From positions 62,001 to 126,000 of the IMG/VR virus record IMGVR_UViG_3300042350_004528: a stretch of DNA of 64,000 nt; one strand, given 5' to 3'. Shown here in pieces: positions 38,981 through 48,298 of this stretch (within the stretch, counting starts at the first letter, position 1; every line of letters starts with the position of its first letter). The position numbers were made by a program, and so were the translations under genes. The notes under the pieces are model-generated. The model was not told the origin of the DNA and ran no database searches. It was given only the letters and a program-made list of their open reading frames with translations.

Positions 38981-39262
38981 ATGAGAGAATATTTTAAAGC
39001 ACAGTTAGCTTATTACCCACAAATAACGGAAGAAATTTTAGATAAAATTGAATTTAAAACCGTTTGGTCTGGAAAAAGAATACAACCTGGTGATAAAGTT
39101 GTATATGCGTATGTTTATTTATTAAATACTGATGACCTTAAAGCAATCTCTTTTTTAGAAAGAGAATTACATGAAATAAGTGCTAAATTCAAATTGATCA
39201 GAGTAGAAGAAGACATTATGCCAATTTTGGCGTTTAAAGAAGATACAAAAAAAAGAGATTAA
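38981..39262 (+). CDS. Hypothetical protein
   Basis: 93-aa ORF abutting both neighbours. Confidence 0.6.
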   Translation: MREYFKAQLAYYPQITEEILDKIEFKTVWSGKRIQPGDKVVYAYVYLLNTDDLKAISFLERELHEISAKFKLIRVEEDIMPILAFKEDTKKRD

Positions 39263-39263
39263 A

Positions 39264-39935
39264 ATGGATACTTTTTCAATAACAATTGCTTTCTCAACGA
39301 GAAAAATAAATCAAGAGTATGTTGAACATGTTAAAAAATCATGTGCATGCCCAGATTTAGAGTTGTTGGTTTATGAAAACAATGGTGATAAAAGTTTAAC
39401 TGAAATTTATAATGAAGTTTTAAAAACAGCAAAAAATGATATCATTGTTTTCTGTCATGATGATTTAATTTTTGATACACCTTATTGGGGTAGAAAATTA
39501 GTTAAACATTTCAAAAGAAACCCAGATTACGGTATAATTGGAATTGCTGGTACCAACAATTTAATAAATGGTAGGTGGTGGTCGTTAAGGGAATCAATGC
39601 ACGGCATTGTCAATCATACGGATGGTAATAGAAAATGGACAAGTATGTTCTCTCAACCACAAGGCAATAAAATAAAACAAATGGTTATACTTGATGGTTT
39701 GTTTTTTGCTGTTGATAAGACAAAAATTAAACATGGTTTTGATGAGGATTTTAATGGGTTTCATTTTTACGACTTATCATTTTGCATACCAAATCATTTA
39801 GATGGTGTTAAGATTGGTGTTATAACGGATATAATGATCACACACTTATCTGTTGGTATGACAAACCAAAAATGGGAAGATAATAAAAATTTATTGGAAA
39901 AAAAATATGCGGATAAGTTTCCGATGAGAATATGA
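39264..39935 (+). CDS. Glycosyltransferase family 2-like protein
   Basis: IYN...AKNDIIVFCHDD, LDGLFFA, FHFYDLSFC. Confidence 0.8.
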   Translation: MDTFSITIAFSTRKINQEYVEHVKKSCACPDLELLVYENNGDKSLTEIYNEVLKTAKNDIIVFCHDDLIFDTPYWGRKLVKHFKRNPDYGIIGIAGTNNLINGRWWSLRESMHGIVNHTDGNRKWTSMFSQPQGNKIKQMVILDGLFFAVDKTKIKHGFDEDFNGFHFYDLSFCIPNHLDGVKIGVITDIMITHLSVGMTNQKWEDNKNLLEKKYADKFPMRI

Positions 39936-40594
39936 AAAATATTAGTGGTTTAAAAAATATCCATGTGGGTGAAGATATCTACATTTTAGCATCTGGTAAA
40001 TCTGTTGATTTTTTTGATGAAGATTTTTTTGATGGTAAAATACTTATCGGTGTTAACCAAGCGTATAAATTTACTTGGTGTGATTACCTGGTTAGAAAAG
40101 AAGTTAAATTTATTAAACAGAGTATAGAAACAGATTCCGTTGTTATTGTTTCTGAGTACGATAGTGGTAATTTAAATTCTGGTGAACAAAAGTTAAATAC
40201 AAACAAAATTGATCACCCTAATTTATATTATTTTGAACACTTGGATAATCAACATGCAAGGCTTGACACATCTGTTTTTGGTACAGATAAAATTGTCGTT
40301 AGTTTCTCAACTATTACATCAGCCATACACATTGCAGCCTACATGGGCGCTAAAAACATTATTTTAATTGGTCATGATTGTGGTACGATTGATGGCGAAA
40401 TGACGTTTAAAGGGTATTATGATTCCATTAAAGATACACCATGGGTGAGCTGGGATCAGTATAAATCTTGGTTAAAAATAATTGAAGGGCAAACGATAGA
40501 AGTTAAAAAACAAGTAAAAAAACACTATGGTGCTAATGTTGTATCAATGCTACCGTTTGTTTCACTGAACCTAGAAAATCATTTATATTTGTGA
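39932..40594 (+). CDS. DUF115/Maf-like (sialyltransferase-fold) protein
   Basis: GEDIYILASGKS...IGVNQA...STITSAIHIAAYMGAKNIILIGHD. Confidence 0.7.
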   Translation: MKNISGLKNIHVGEDIYILASGKSVDFFDEDFFDGKILIGVNQAYKFTWCDYLVRKEVKFIKQSIETDSVVIVSEYDSGNLNSGEQKLNTNKIDHPNLYYFEHLDNQHARLDTSVFGTDKIVVSFSTITSAIHIAAYMGAKNIILIGHDCGTIDGEMTFKGYYDSIKDTPWVSWDQYKSWLKIIEGQTIEVKKQVKKHYGANVVSMLPFVSLNLENHLYL

Positions 40595-41223
40595 TAAAAT
40601 ACATTATACCAGCAAGACGAAACTCAAAAGGGTTCCCATTTAAAAATAGAAAATTAATAAATTATACGTTAGATAATTTACCAAAAAACGTATATGACGA
40701 TGTTATTTTAACTACCGATGATGAAAAGTTATTGGAAATTGGTTTAGAATATGGTATAAAATGTATTAATAGAAATCCAAGTTTAGCTTTAGATAAAACT
40801 TCAACTAAAGAAGTTATGGATGACCTAAAGTTTCAGGGTATTATTACTAACACAGACATTGTTGTTATGTTATATTTAACATATCCGCAAAGAAATTGGT
40901 TAGATATAACTAACGCTTTACAGTTTTTTGATAATAAAAATGCAAAAAGCCTTTTGTGTAAAAAAGAAATAACAACAACCCACCCATATTTATATTTACT
41001 TGAAGTTGGTGATTTTAAGGGTAAACAATTAATCCCCCACAATCTATACAGAAGGCAAGATTATCCAAAAGTTTTTGAAATATCTCACTTTATATCGATT
41101 TTTAAAGTCAGTGAACTCAAAAATTTAAATAATAATCTTTATAATAACGACACCGTTTTTTATCCAATTGATGATATAATTGATGTTGACACTGATAAAG
41201 ATTTAGAAAGGTTTTTAGAATAA
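40591..41223 (+). CDS. neuA: Acylneuraminate (CMP-nonulosonate) cytidylyltransferase
   Basis: IIPARRNSKGFPFKN, LTTDD, LYLTYPQR, IDVDTDKD; GTG start. Confidence 0.88.
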   Translation: MIKYIIPARRNSKGFPFKNRKLINYTLDNLPKNVYDDVILTTDDEKLLEIGLEYGIKCINRNPSLALDKTSTKEVMDDLKFQGIITNTDIVVMLYLTYPQRNWLDITNALQFFDNKNAKSLLCKKEITTTHPYLYLLEVGDFKGKQLIPHNLYRRQDYPKVFEISHFISIFKVSELKNLNNNLYNNDTVFYPIDDIIDVDTDKDLERFLE

Positions 41224-42374
41224 TGGGTATTTTTATAAAAAATAAAACAAAAAGGGTACAAAAAGATGACACAAAACAACCAGTGTTAACTAATACTGCA
41301 ACTAATAAATCTTTAATAGGTGAAGAGGTTGTCGTTGCTGAAAAAAAAGCAATAAAAAAAGGATTTGGGGATAAAAAAATTGTAAACAAAGAACCAGTAA
41401 AGGCCACAATTAATTCTGTGGCGGTTGGTAAAGAGGAAAAAAAGTCCGTGTTGTTATTTGAAAACAACGAAAAAAATGAACCGACCACAAATTCATTAAT
41501 TAATAAAATTAATAAATCTTCAGGTAGAAATTCAATTTTTGACAAAGTTGTTGCCCCAGAAATTAAAAATTCAAATGTAGCTAAATCAAATGACAAAGTT
41601 GTTAACGACATTTATGATAAAGCTAGAAAAAATATTAGTTTTATAAAAAATAAAAATAATAAGTACTATGATTTTGTTTTCACTAAAGGGTACATAAATG
41701 AAAAAGATATTAAACATGTTAACACTGAACTAGATAAACAATTAAATAATTTAAAAATAAATCCGTCAACAATGGATTTATACTTTTTTAAATCGTTTAT
41801 AAAAGATAAAACAATCGCTCTTATAGCTAACTCGTCTGATTTATTAAATAAAAAACTTGGTGCGGAAATAGATTCTCATGACATTGTAGTTAGATTTAAT
41901 TCATATAAAATATTAAAAGAGGATACTGGGGAAAAATTAACTATACATGTTAGCATTTATTTACAAAATGAAAATTTAAATAATTTTGCACCTATTAGAT
42001 TTATCCTTTCGGGTAATAAAATAAACTGGGCTAAAAAAATATTAACATTAAATAAGTTTAACCAATCTACAATATTAAAGTATAATCACCACTCAACATT
42101 ACCAGGTAATTTTAGAGACGATTCGCCAACCACAACGGGATTCGCCACCTTAATTTTACTACTTAAAATTGGTGGTTTTCAAAAAATTAATATGTTTGGT
42201 TTTGATTTTTATCAAAACGGTAATGATAGTTTATTTAGAACGGACGTTGGTATGGAATCCCCAATATCTACCGTTCATGATTATTTCTTCGAAAAAGAAT
42301 TTATGATGGAATATTCATATGAATATGACGATAAAAAAAATATAATTACTTTTTATGATTATAGCACATTTTAA
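41223..42374 (+). CDS. GT29-like sialyltransferase with a Lys-rich N-terminal extension
   Basis: Sialylmotif L (IALIANS..LL....G.EID.HD.VVRFN), motif S (PTTG...MFGFD) and VS (HxxxxE). Confidence 0.75.
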   Translation: MGIFIKNKTKRVQKDDTKQPVLTNTATNKSLIGEEVVVAEKKAIKKGFGDKKIVNKEPVKATINSVAVGKEEKKSVLLFENNEKNEPTTNSLINKINKSSGRNSIFDKVVAPEIKNSNVAKSNDKVVNDIYDKARKNISFIKNKNNKYYDFVFTKGYINEKDIKHVNTELDKQLNNLKINPSTMDLYFFKSFIKDKTIALIANSSDLLNKKLGAEIDSHDIVVRFNSYKILKEDTGEKLTIHVSIYLQNENLNNFAPIRFILSGNKINWAKKILTLNKFNQSTILKYNHHSTLPGNFRDDSPTTTGFATLILLLKIGGFQKINMFGFDFYQNGNDSLFRTDVGMESPISTVHDYFFEKEFMMEYSYEYDDKKNIITFYDYSTF

Positions 42375-43203
42375 AGAAACGCCAATAGCACATGCACCAG
42401 AAGCGATTAGTGATGTTATAAATAAATATACAGATCATAAATCGTATGTTTTTGGCTACGGTTACCCGAATAAAAAATTAATACCAAAAACCGATATACT
42501 CCATTTACATAATAAGGATAGAAATTATAATTTTAATAAAAAAGTAATACAGTATCATAGTGAACCTTTTAGGGTAACATTGGATGTAAAAACAAAAAAA
42601 TTAGTAATAGCTCAGTACCATGCAACCTTACCAGAATATAATAATTGTACCGTTGTTAGAAACCCAATTGACATTTATGATGTAAAATTTTTACCAAAAT
42701 ACCAAAATAAAAAAATAAGAATTGGTTATTCTCCGTCAACAGTCAGACCACTATCAATTTGGGCAGATAAAGGATATACTGAAACATATCCCATTTTACA
42801 AAAAATAAAATCTAAATACGGAAACTCCGTTGAAATTGATATAATTGTAAATGTTTCATTAGACGAATGTTTAAAAAGAAAATCTCTATGTAATATTTTT
42901 ATTGATGAAGTAAAAACAATATCATATCATAGATCTGGGTTAGAATCGTTATCAATGGGTATTCCAACAATATGTTCAATTGGCCCATCCGTTGAAAAAC
43001 TTTTATTAAATTCTTCTGGTGCGCCAAATAGCCCGTTTATTAATGTAAATCATAATCAGTTAGAAAAAAAACTAATTGAATTAATAAATTTGGGGGTGGG
43101 TAATTTGTTGGAAATTGGTTACAATAATAGACTTTGGATGGAAAAATATTGGTCACCAGATACTATCGCAAACGAATATATTGAAATATATAAAAAAATA
43201 TAA
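42355..43203 (+). CDS. Glycosyltransferase, GT-B-like
   Basis: IRIGYSPST...KG...IFIDE...GLESLSMGIP. Confidence 0.7.
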   Translation: MIIAHFKETPIAHAPEAISDVINKYTDHKSYVFGYGYPNKKLIPKTDILHLHNKDRNYNFNKKVIQYHSEPFRVTLDVKTKKLVIAQYHATLPEYNNCTVVRNPIDIYDVKFLPKYQNKKIRIGYSPSTVRPLSIWADKGYTETYPILQKIKSKYGNSVEIDIIVNVSLDECLKRKSLCNIFIDEVKTISYHRSGLESLSMGIPTICSIGPSVEKLLLNSSGAPNSPFINVNHNQLEKKLIELINLGVGNLLEIGYNNRLWMEKYWSPDTIANEYIEIYKKI

Positions 43204-43204
43204 A

Positions 43205-43876
43205 ATGAAAAAATATTCAATTATAATACCAACGATGTGGATGTCTAGTCATTTATTTAAAATGTTAGACTTTTATGAGGAAAATGAATTAATACAAGAG
43301 GTTATAATTATAGATAATGCGCCAGAAAAGGGGCAACCAATACCAAAACAATTAAGTAAGTTAAAACTACATACTAAGGGTAAAAACATATATGTTAACC
43401 CAGCCTGGAATTTTGGTGTTTCATTAGCAATTAGTGATTATATTATAATTGCTAATGATGATATATTATTTAATAAAAAAGATTTTGATGAGTTACTAAA
43501 TAAGTCTTTTGAGTTTTTAAACGAAAACACCATAATTGGCCCATCAATGTATTGTTTTAAACAAAATCCCGAGAATTATAGTTTGCGATATAATGGTTTA
43601 AAAATCGAAAAGCTTAATGTAGGATTTACTTATGGTTTTGGTACATTTATGATAATGAAAAAAAACTCTTATACAATAATACCAGATGATATTTTAATAT
43701 TTCATGGAGACGTCATTCAACACAGAACAAATGATGTGTTTTTATTTAGTGGTATTGAGATAGATACACCGATGAGCGTAACACTTAAAAGTGATCCACA
43801 AATACATAATTTAGCTAAATTAGACCACGCCAAATCATTAAAGTATGATGTCAAAAAATTAATTAAATTTAAATAA
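43205..43876 (+). CDS. Glycosyltransferase family 2
   Basis: YSIIIPT, IIIDN, NPAWNFG, IANDD; start moved to ATG 43205. Confidence 0.8.
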   Translation: MKKYSIIIPTMWMSSHLFKMLDFYEENELIQEVIIIDNAPEKGQPIPKQLSKLKLHTKGKNIYVNPAWNFGVSLAISDYIIIANDDILFNKKDFDELLNKSFEFLNENTIIGPSMYCFKQNPENYSLRYNGLKIEKLNVGFTYGFGTFMIMKKNSYTIIPDDILIFHGDVIQHRTNDVFLFSGIEIDTPMSVTLKSDPQIHNLAKLDHAKSLKYDVKKLIKFK

Positions 43877-44521
43877 ATGGCTAACGGAATTTACAAAATA
43901 ACAGAAGAATTTGAAAAAGCGTTAAGTGATTACACAGGCGCACCATATGTTGTTACATTAGATAACCAATCAAACGGTTTATTTTTATCATTATACTACG
44001 AAAATAATATTAAAAAAAGTATAACAACCCCAAAAATTACAATACCATCAAGAACATACCCATCGGTACCGTGTGAAATAATACACGCGGGCTTAAAAGT
44101 TGATTTTTATCCTATTGAGGGGACAAAATTAAAAGGCGCTTATGAATTAAAGGGTAGTAATGTCTGGGATTCCGCTTTAAGGTTTACCGCAAATATGTAT
44201 TTACCATCAACACATATGTGCATATCTTTTACGGGCCCATATAAACATTTTAAATTAAGTAAAGGAGGTGCTATTTTAACTGATAGCCATGAAGCTTATT
44301 TATGGTTTAAGAGGGCTAGATATAGTGGTAGGAGGGAATGCTCTTATCATGACGATCATTTTGATATGTTGGGTTGGAATTTTTATATGATGCCAGAATT
44401 AGCGGCACGTGGGTTGTTGTTAATGAATCAATTTTACAACATCGATGGCACAAAAAAAGAAAACGCGGATTTAGAATTACCATATCCAGATTTATCAAAG
44501 TTTGATATTTATAAACAATGA
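43877..44521 (+). CDS. DegT/DnrJ/EryC1/StrS-type sugar aminotransferase (short form)
   Basis: FEKALSDYTGAPY...SNGLFL, WDSA, SFTGPYKH...GGAIL, GWNFYM; only 214 aa. Confidence 0.8.
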   Translation: MANGIYKITEEFEKALSDYTGAPYVVTLDNQSNGLFLSLYYENNIKKSITTPKITIPSRTYPSVPCEIIHAGLKVDFYPIEGTKLKGAYELKGSNVWDSALRFTANMYLPSTHMCISFTGPYKHFKLSKGGAILTDSHEAYLWFKRARYSGRRECSYHDDHFDMLGWNFYMMPELAARGLLLMNQFYNIDGTKKENADLELPYPDLSKFDIYKQ

Positions 44522-45240
44522 AACACATAATTGTCTTTTTGGCTTATGAAAATTTTGATATTATTAAAAAATCATTTAATTCGTTAAAAAATTGCGATTC
44601 GGATTTTTTTATTATTGAAAATAACTCTAAAAATTCAAATATCATAAAAGAATTTTTTATAAATGAAAATTTAGTCGGGTATATTCAATTTATAGAAAAT
44701 GCTGCGGCAAATGCTGTAAATATTTTTATTAAAAAATATTATAACTTATTATCCCAATATGATTATGTGACAATAACTGATGGTGATTTATTTCTATATG
44801 ACGCAACAGAAACATTTGGTGAAATAATTTCATCGTTTAATCATAATAATTGTTATGTTTGTGGCGTTGCCTTATATAAAGGTAATTATTATGAAAATAC
44901 AACCAATAGAATTATTGGTACCGAATATTATATTGAACATATGTTAAGTAAGTCGGAACATAAATTAGAGGCAATAAAAGGTAGAACAGGTAATCATTTA
45001 TTGACCTTTAATAAAGAAAGTCTACACGTTATTAAAGACATCCATTATATTGATTCAAATATTTTTAAAAAAATAAAAGAGCTGGGTGGATCTTGTTATA
45101 GAACAACAAAAAATTTGGCCTATCATTTAACTTGGGATGTATATTTTGATGGTAATCCATATTATGAGAATAAAAAAAATAATTTAAAAGAAATCTGGTC
45201 ACAATCTGATTTTGATTTTAAATATAATGTTATTATATGA
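44518..45240 (+). CDS. Putative GT-A fold glycosyltransferase
   Basis: IIENNS, YVTITDGD, HLTWD; glycan-island context. Confidence 0.5.
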   Translation: MKHIIVFLAYENFDIIKKSFNSLKNCDSDFFIIENNSKNSNIIKEFFINENLVGYIQFIENAAANAVNIFIKKYYNLLSQYDYVTITDGDLFLYDATETFGEIISSFNHNNCYVCGVALYKGNYYENTTNRIIGTEYYIEHMLSKSEHKLEAIKGRTGNHLLTFNKESLHVIKDIHYIDSNIFKKIKELGGSCYRTTKNLAYHLTWDVYFDGNPYYENKKNNLKEIWSQSDFDFKYNVII

Positions 45241-45824
45241 AAAGAGCATTAATTGGTGCTGGTGGTTTTGCACGTGAAATTAAATCGCATATTGGTGATG
45301 AATCAATGATATGTTTTGTTGATGATAGTTACTATGTTGGTGATACCTATACGTTACCATTAAGTCACTTTAATCCAAATGAATATGAGGTATTGATTGC
45401 TATCGGAGACCCACGTGCAAGATATGAGATAAGTAATCGCTTACCTAAAGATACTAAATATTTTACGCATATTGATAAACGAGCAAATATATTAGATGAA
45501 AATATTGAAATTGGCGAGGGTAGTATTATTTGTGCTGGCTGCATATTAACAACAAATATTAAAATAGGTAAACATGCCCATTTAAATTTACAAACAACAA
45601 TCGGGCATGATACAACCATAGGTAACTTTTTTACAACAGCCCCTGGAGCAAAAATATCTGGTAATTGTGTAATACACGATTTAGTTTACATTGGGACAAA
45701 CGCTTCTGTTAGAGAAAAAATAACGATCCATAGCTTAACAACAATAGGTTTAAATGCTGGTGTGGTAAAAGATATAACTGAACCAGGTGTTTACGGCGGA
45801 ACGCCATGTAAAAAAATTAAATAA
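45237..45824 (+). CDS. NeuD/PglD-family sugar acetyltransferase (hexapeptide repeats)
   Basis: LIGAGGFARE, AIGDP..R, left-handed beta-helix repeats, YGGTP. Confidence 0.9.
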   Translation: MKRALIGAGGFAREIKSHIGDESMICFVDDSYYVGDTYTLPLSHFNPNEYEVLIAIGDPRARYEISNRLPKDTKYFTHIDKRANILDENIEIGEGSIICAGCILTTNIKIGKHAHLNLQTTIGHDTTIGNFFTTAPGAKISGNCVIHDLVYIGTNASVREKITIHSLTTIGLNAGVVKDITEPGVYGGTPCKKIK

Positions 45825-45825
45825 T

Positions 45826-46440
45826 ATGCAAAATACAGTAGAATCTTTAAATTTAATTAAAAAAATATCAGATGAGATTAATAATATGACATTTCATCAC
45901 CATTATTATGTTTTATATGATATAGCTAAAGAATTTGGAACCTCACCAATTAACTATGTTGAAATCGGTTGTTATGCTGGGGGCTCCGCTTGTCTTATGC
46001 TACAAAGGCCAAATACTAACGTAATTAGTATTGATTTAGGTGTACCAATTAAACCAGAAGTAGTTAAAAATAATGTAAAAAAATTAAATATTTTAAATAA
46101 CAATTACAATTATATACAAGGTAACTCACAAAAAAATGAAACGGTTAGTGAGTTAAAAAAATTGGTTGAATTGATAGATATTTTATTTATTGACGGTGAC
46201 CATAGTTATAATGGTGTTATTAACGATTTTAATTTGTATTCTAAAATGGTAAAACCAGGTGGTTATATTATTTTTGATGATTATAACGACAAACAACATA
46301 GCCCTCAAGTTAAAGTAGCTGTTGACGACTTATTAAAAAATAACTATGAGTATGAAATATTTGGTACATTACCAAATATTTTTGGCGCTAGGCCTAGTGA
46401 ATTAAAAGAGGGTAATTGTTTTATAATTAAAAAAAAATAA
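45826..46440 (+). CDS. Class I SAM-dependent methyltransferase (likely glycan O-methyltransferase)
   Basis: YVEIGCYAGGS, LFIDGDHSY, GGYIIFDDY; start moved to ATG 45826. Confidence 0.85.
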   Translation: MQNTVESLNLIKKISDEINNMTFHHHYYVLYDIAKEFGTSPINYVEIGCYAGGSACLMLQRPNTNVISIDLGVPIKPEVVKNNVKKLNILNNNYNYIQGNSQKNETVSELKKLVELIDILFIDGDHSYNGVINDFNLYSKMVKPGGYIIFDDYNDKQHSPQVKVAVDDLLKNNYEYEIFGTLPNIFGARPSELKEGNCFIIKKK

Positions 46441-46441
46441 T

Positions 46442-47122
46442 ATGTTAGCAATTGTCATATCCACGTATCAAAGAAATGATGGTACAACACCCATTCATTT
46501 AACCAAAGCATTAACTTCGATTAAAAATCAAACATACCAAAATTATATGGTATTTTTAATTGGCGATCGCTATGATAATAATGATGAGTTTATAAGATTA
46601 GCGACATCAATAATTGATTCTGATAAAATGGTGTTTGTTAATTTACCAAATGCTGTTGAAAGAGAAAAATATCCGTTTGGTGATGTACGTCTGTGGTCAT
46701 CTGGCGGCGTAAATGCAGTTAATTTCGGTATTAAACTTGCTTTGGAACAAAATTATAATTATATTTGTAGACTAGATCACGATGACTGGTGGGCGCCAGA
46801 ACATTTGGATTTAATAAAAGATAAATTAAACGAAGATCATATAATAATAGCAACGAAAGGTATGCATTTCACTGATAAAATATTACCTGTAAAAGATAGT
46901 AACCCATTCTACCCTAAAAGTTCAGATTTATTACATTCGTCTGTTTGTATAAATTTTAAAAAAACTCCGTTAAGGTATCGCGATGTTTTTGCCGAAGAAG
47001 GTAGACCTTATGCGGCTGATGCTGATTTATGGGATAGATTGTCTTATTATATGGTAAAAAACAATAAAACAGGTTATTTAATAAACAAGGTAACGTGTTA
47101 TCATAGTAATGAAAGAAGATGA
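46442..47122 (+). CDS. Glycosyltransferase family 2
   Basis: IVISTYQR, SIKNQTY, RLDHDDWW. Confidence 0.85.
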   Translation: MLAIVISTYQRNDGTTPIHLTKALTSIKNQTYQNYMVFLIGDRYDNNDEFIRLATSIIDSDKMVFVNLPNAVEREKYPFGDVRLWSSGGVNAVNFGIKLALEQNYNYICRLDHDDWWAPEHLDLIKDKLNEDHIIIATKGMHFTDKILPVKDSNPFYPKSSDLLHSSVCINFKKTPLRYRDVFAEEGRPYAADADLWDRLSYYMVKNNKTGYLINKVTCYHSNERR

Positions 47123-47126
47123 CTAA

Positions 47127-47972
47127 ATGAAAAAGGTAAAAATAATAGCGGAAATAGGGATTAATCACAATGGCGATATTGAAATTGCCAAACAATTAAT
47201 TATGGTGGCGAAAGCGGCTGGATGTGATTACGTAAAATTTCAGAAGAGAAACCCAGATGTGTGTGTTCCAGAAGACCAAAAAAATAAAATTCGCCAAACG
47301 CCATGGGGTGAAATGACATATCTGGAATACAAATGGAGAACTGAATTTAATTATGAACAATACTCTGAAATTGATGAGTTTTGCAAACAAATCGGTATAA
47401 AATGGTTTGTGTCTGTTTGGGACAAAGATAGCGTAGAGTTTATGGATATCTTTAGAAGATTAGGTAAAGCCTACGATGGTACAATGAAAATACCATCAGC
47501 GTTGATTACGGACTTAGAACTTTGTAAATACGCAAGAGCCAATTGTGATAAATTAATTATTTCAACTGGAATGAGTACTGAAAAAGAGGTTAGAGCCTGT
47601 ATTAGTACCTGCAATCCAGATGTTGTTATGCACACAAACTCAACTTACCCATGTCCTGTTGAAGAATTAAATTTGAATTACATAAATTGGCTTAAAAGTT
47701 GGTACCCAGGCTTAGATATAGGATATAGTGGTCACGAGTATGGTTTAGTTACAACATTTGCAACAATACCTATGGGTGTCACTTGGATTGAAAGACATAT
47801 CACCTTGGATAGAAATATGTGGGGTTCCGATCACTCAGCTTCAATAGAACCATCTGGTTTATTCAAGCTAGTTAAAGGTATACGTGACATTGAGTCATCT
47901 TTAAGTATCCCAATGAAACCTAGAGAAGTTTTTGGCGGGGAATTAGCTAAACAAAAAAGCTTGAGGAAATAA
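47127..47972 (+). CDS. neuB: Nonulosonic acid synthase (NeuB/PseI/LegI/Kdn-9-P synthase family); lacks the C-terminal AFP-like domain
   Basis: IIAEIGINHNGD, VKFQ, IISTGM, MHTNSTYP, GYSGHE, IERHITLD...GSDH. Confidence 0.95.
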   Translation: MKKVKIIAEIGINHNGDIEIAKQLIMVAKAAGCDYVKFQKRNPDVCVPEDQKNKIRQTPWGEMTYLEYKWRTEFNYEQYSEIDEFCKQIGIKWFVSVWDKDSVEFMDIFRRLGKAYDGTMKIPSALITDLELCKYARANCDKLIISTGMSTEKEVRACISTCNPDVVMHTNSTYPCPVEELNLNYINWLKSWYPGLDIGYSGHEYGLVTTFATIPMGVTWIERHITLDRNMWGSDHSASIEPSGLFKLVKGIRDIESSLSIPMKPREVFGGELAKQKSLRK

Positions 47973-48298
47973 TGAACATTTACGTAGACGTAGATAACAC
48001 AATAACCGAAACTTCTGGTATGGATTATCAGAATGCTAAACCTATATACGCGAAAATCTCAATCATAAATAAATTATACGATTTAGGCCATACAATTACT
48101 TATTGGACAGCTAGGGGTTCCATTTCAGGTATTGACTATTATTCACTCACGAAATTACAACTAGATTCGTGGGGTGTAAAATATCACAATTTCATGGTTG
48201 GAAAACCAGCTTTTGATCTTTTAATTGATGATAAAACAATAAACAACATTAATGAAAACCTTTTTACATGGGCAACCAAAGAAGAAGAAAAAAACTAA
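47972..48298 (+). CDS. Capless HAD phosphatase (capsule-biosynthesis type)
   Basis: YVDVDNT (DxD), WTARG, GKP, LIDDK. Confidence 0.8.
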   Translation: MNIYVDVDNTITETSGMDYQNAKPIYAKISIINKLYDLGHTITYWTARGSISGIDYYSLTKLQLDSWGVKYHNFMVGKPAFDLLIDDKTINNINENLFTWATKEEEKN

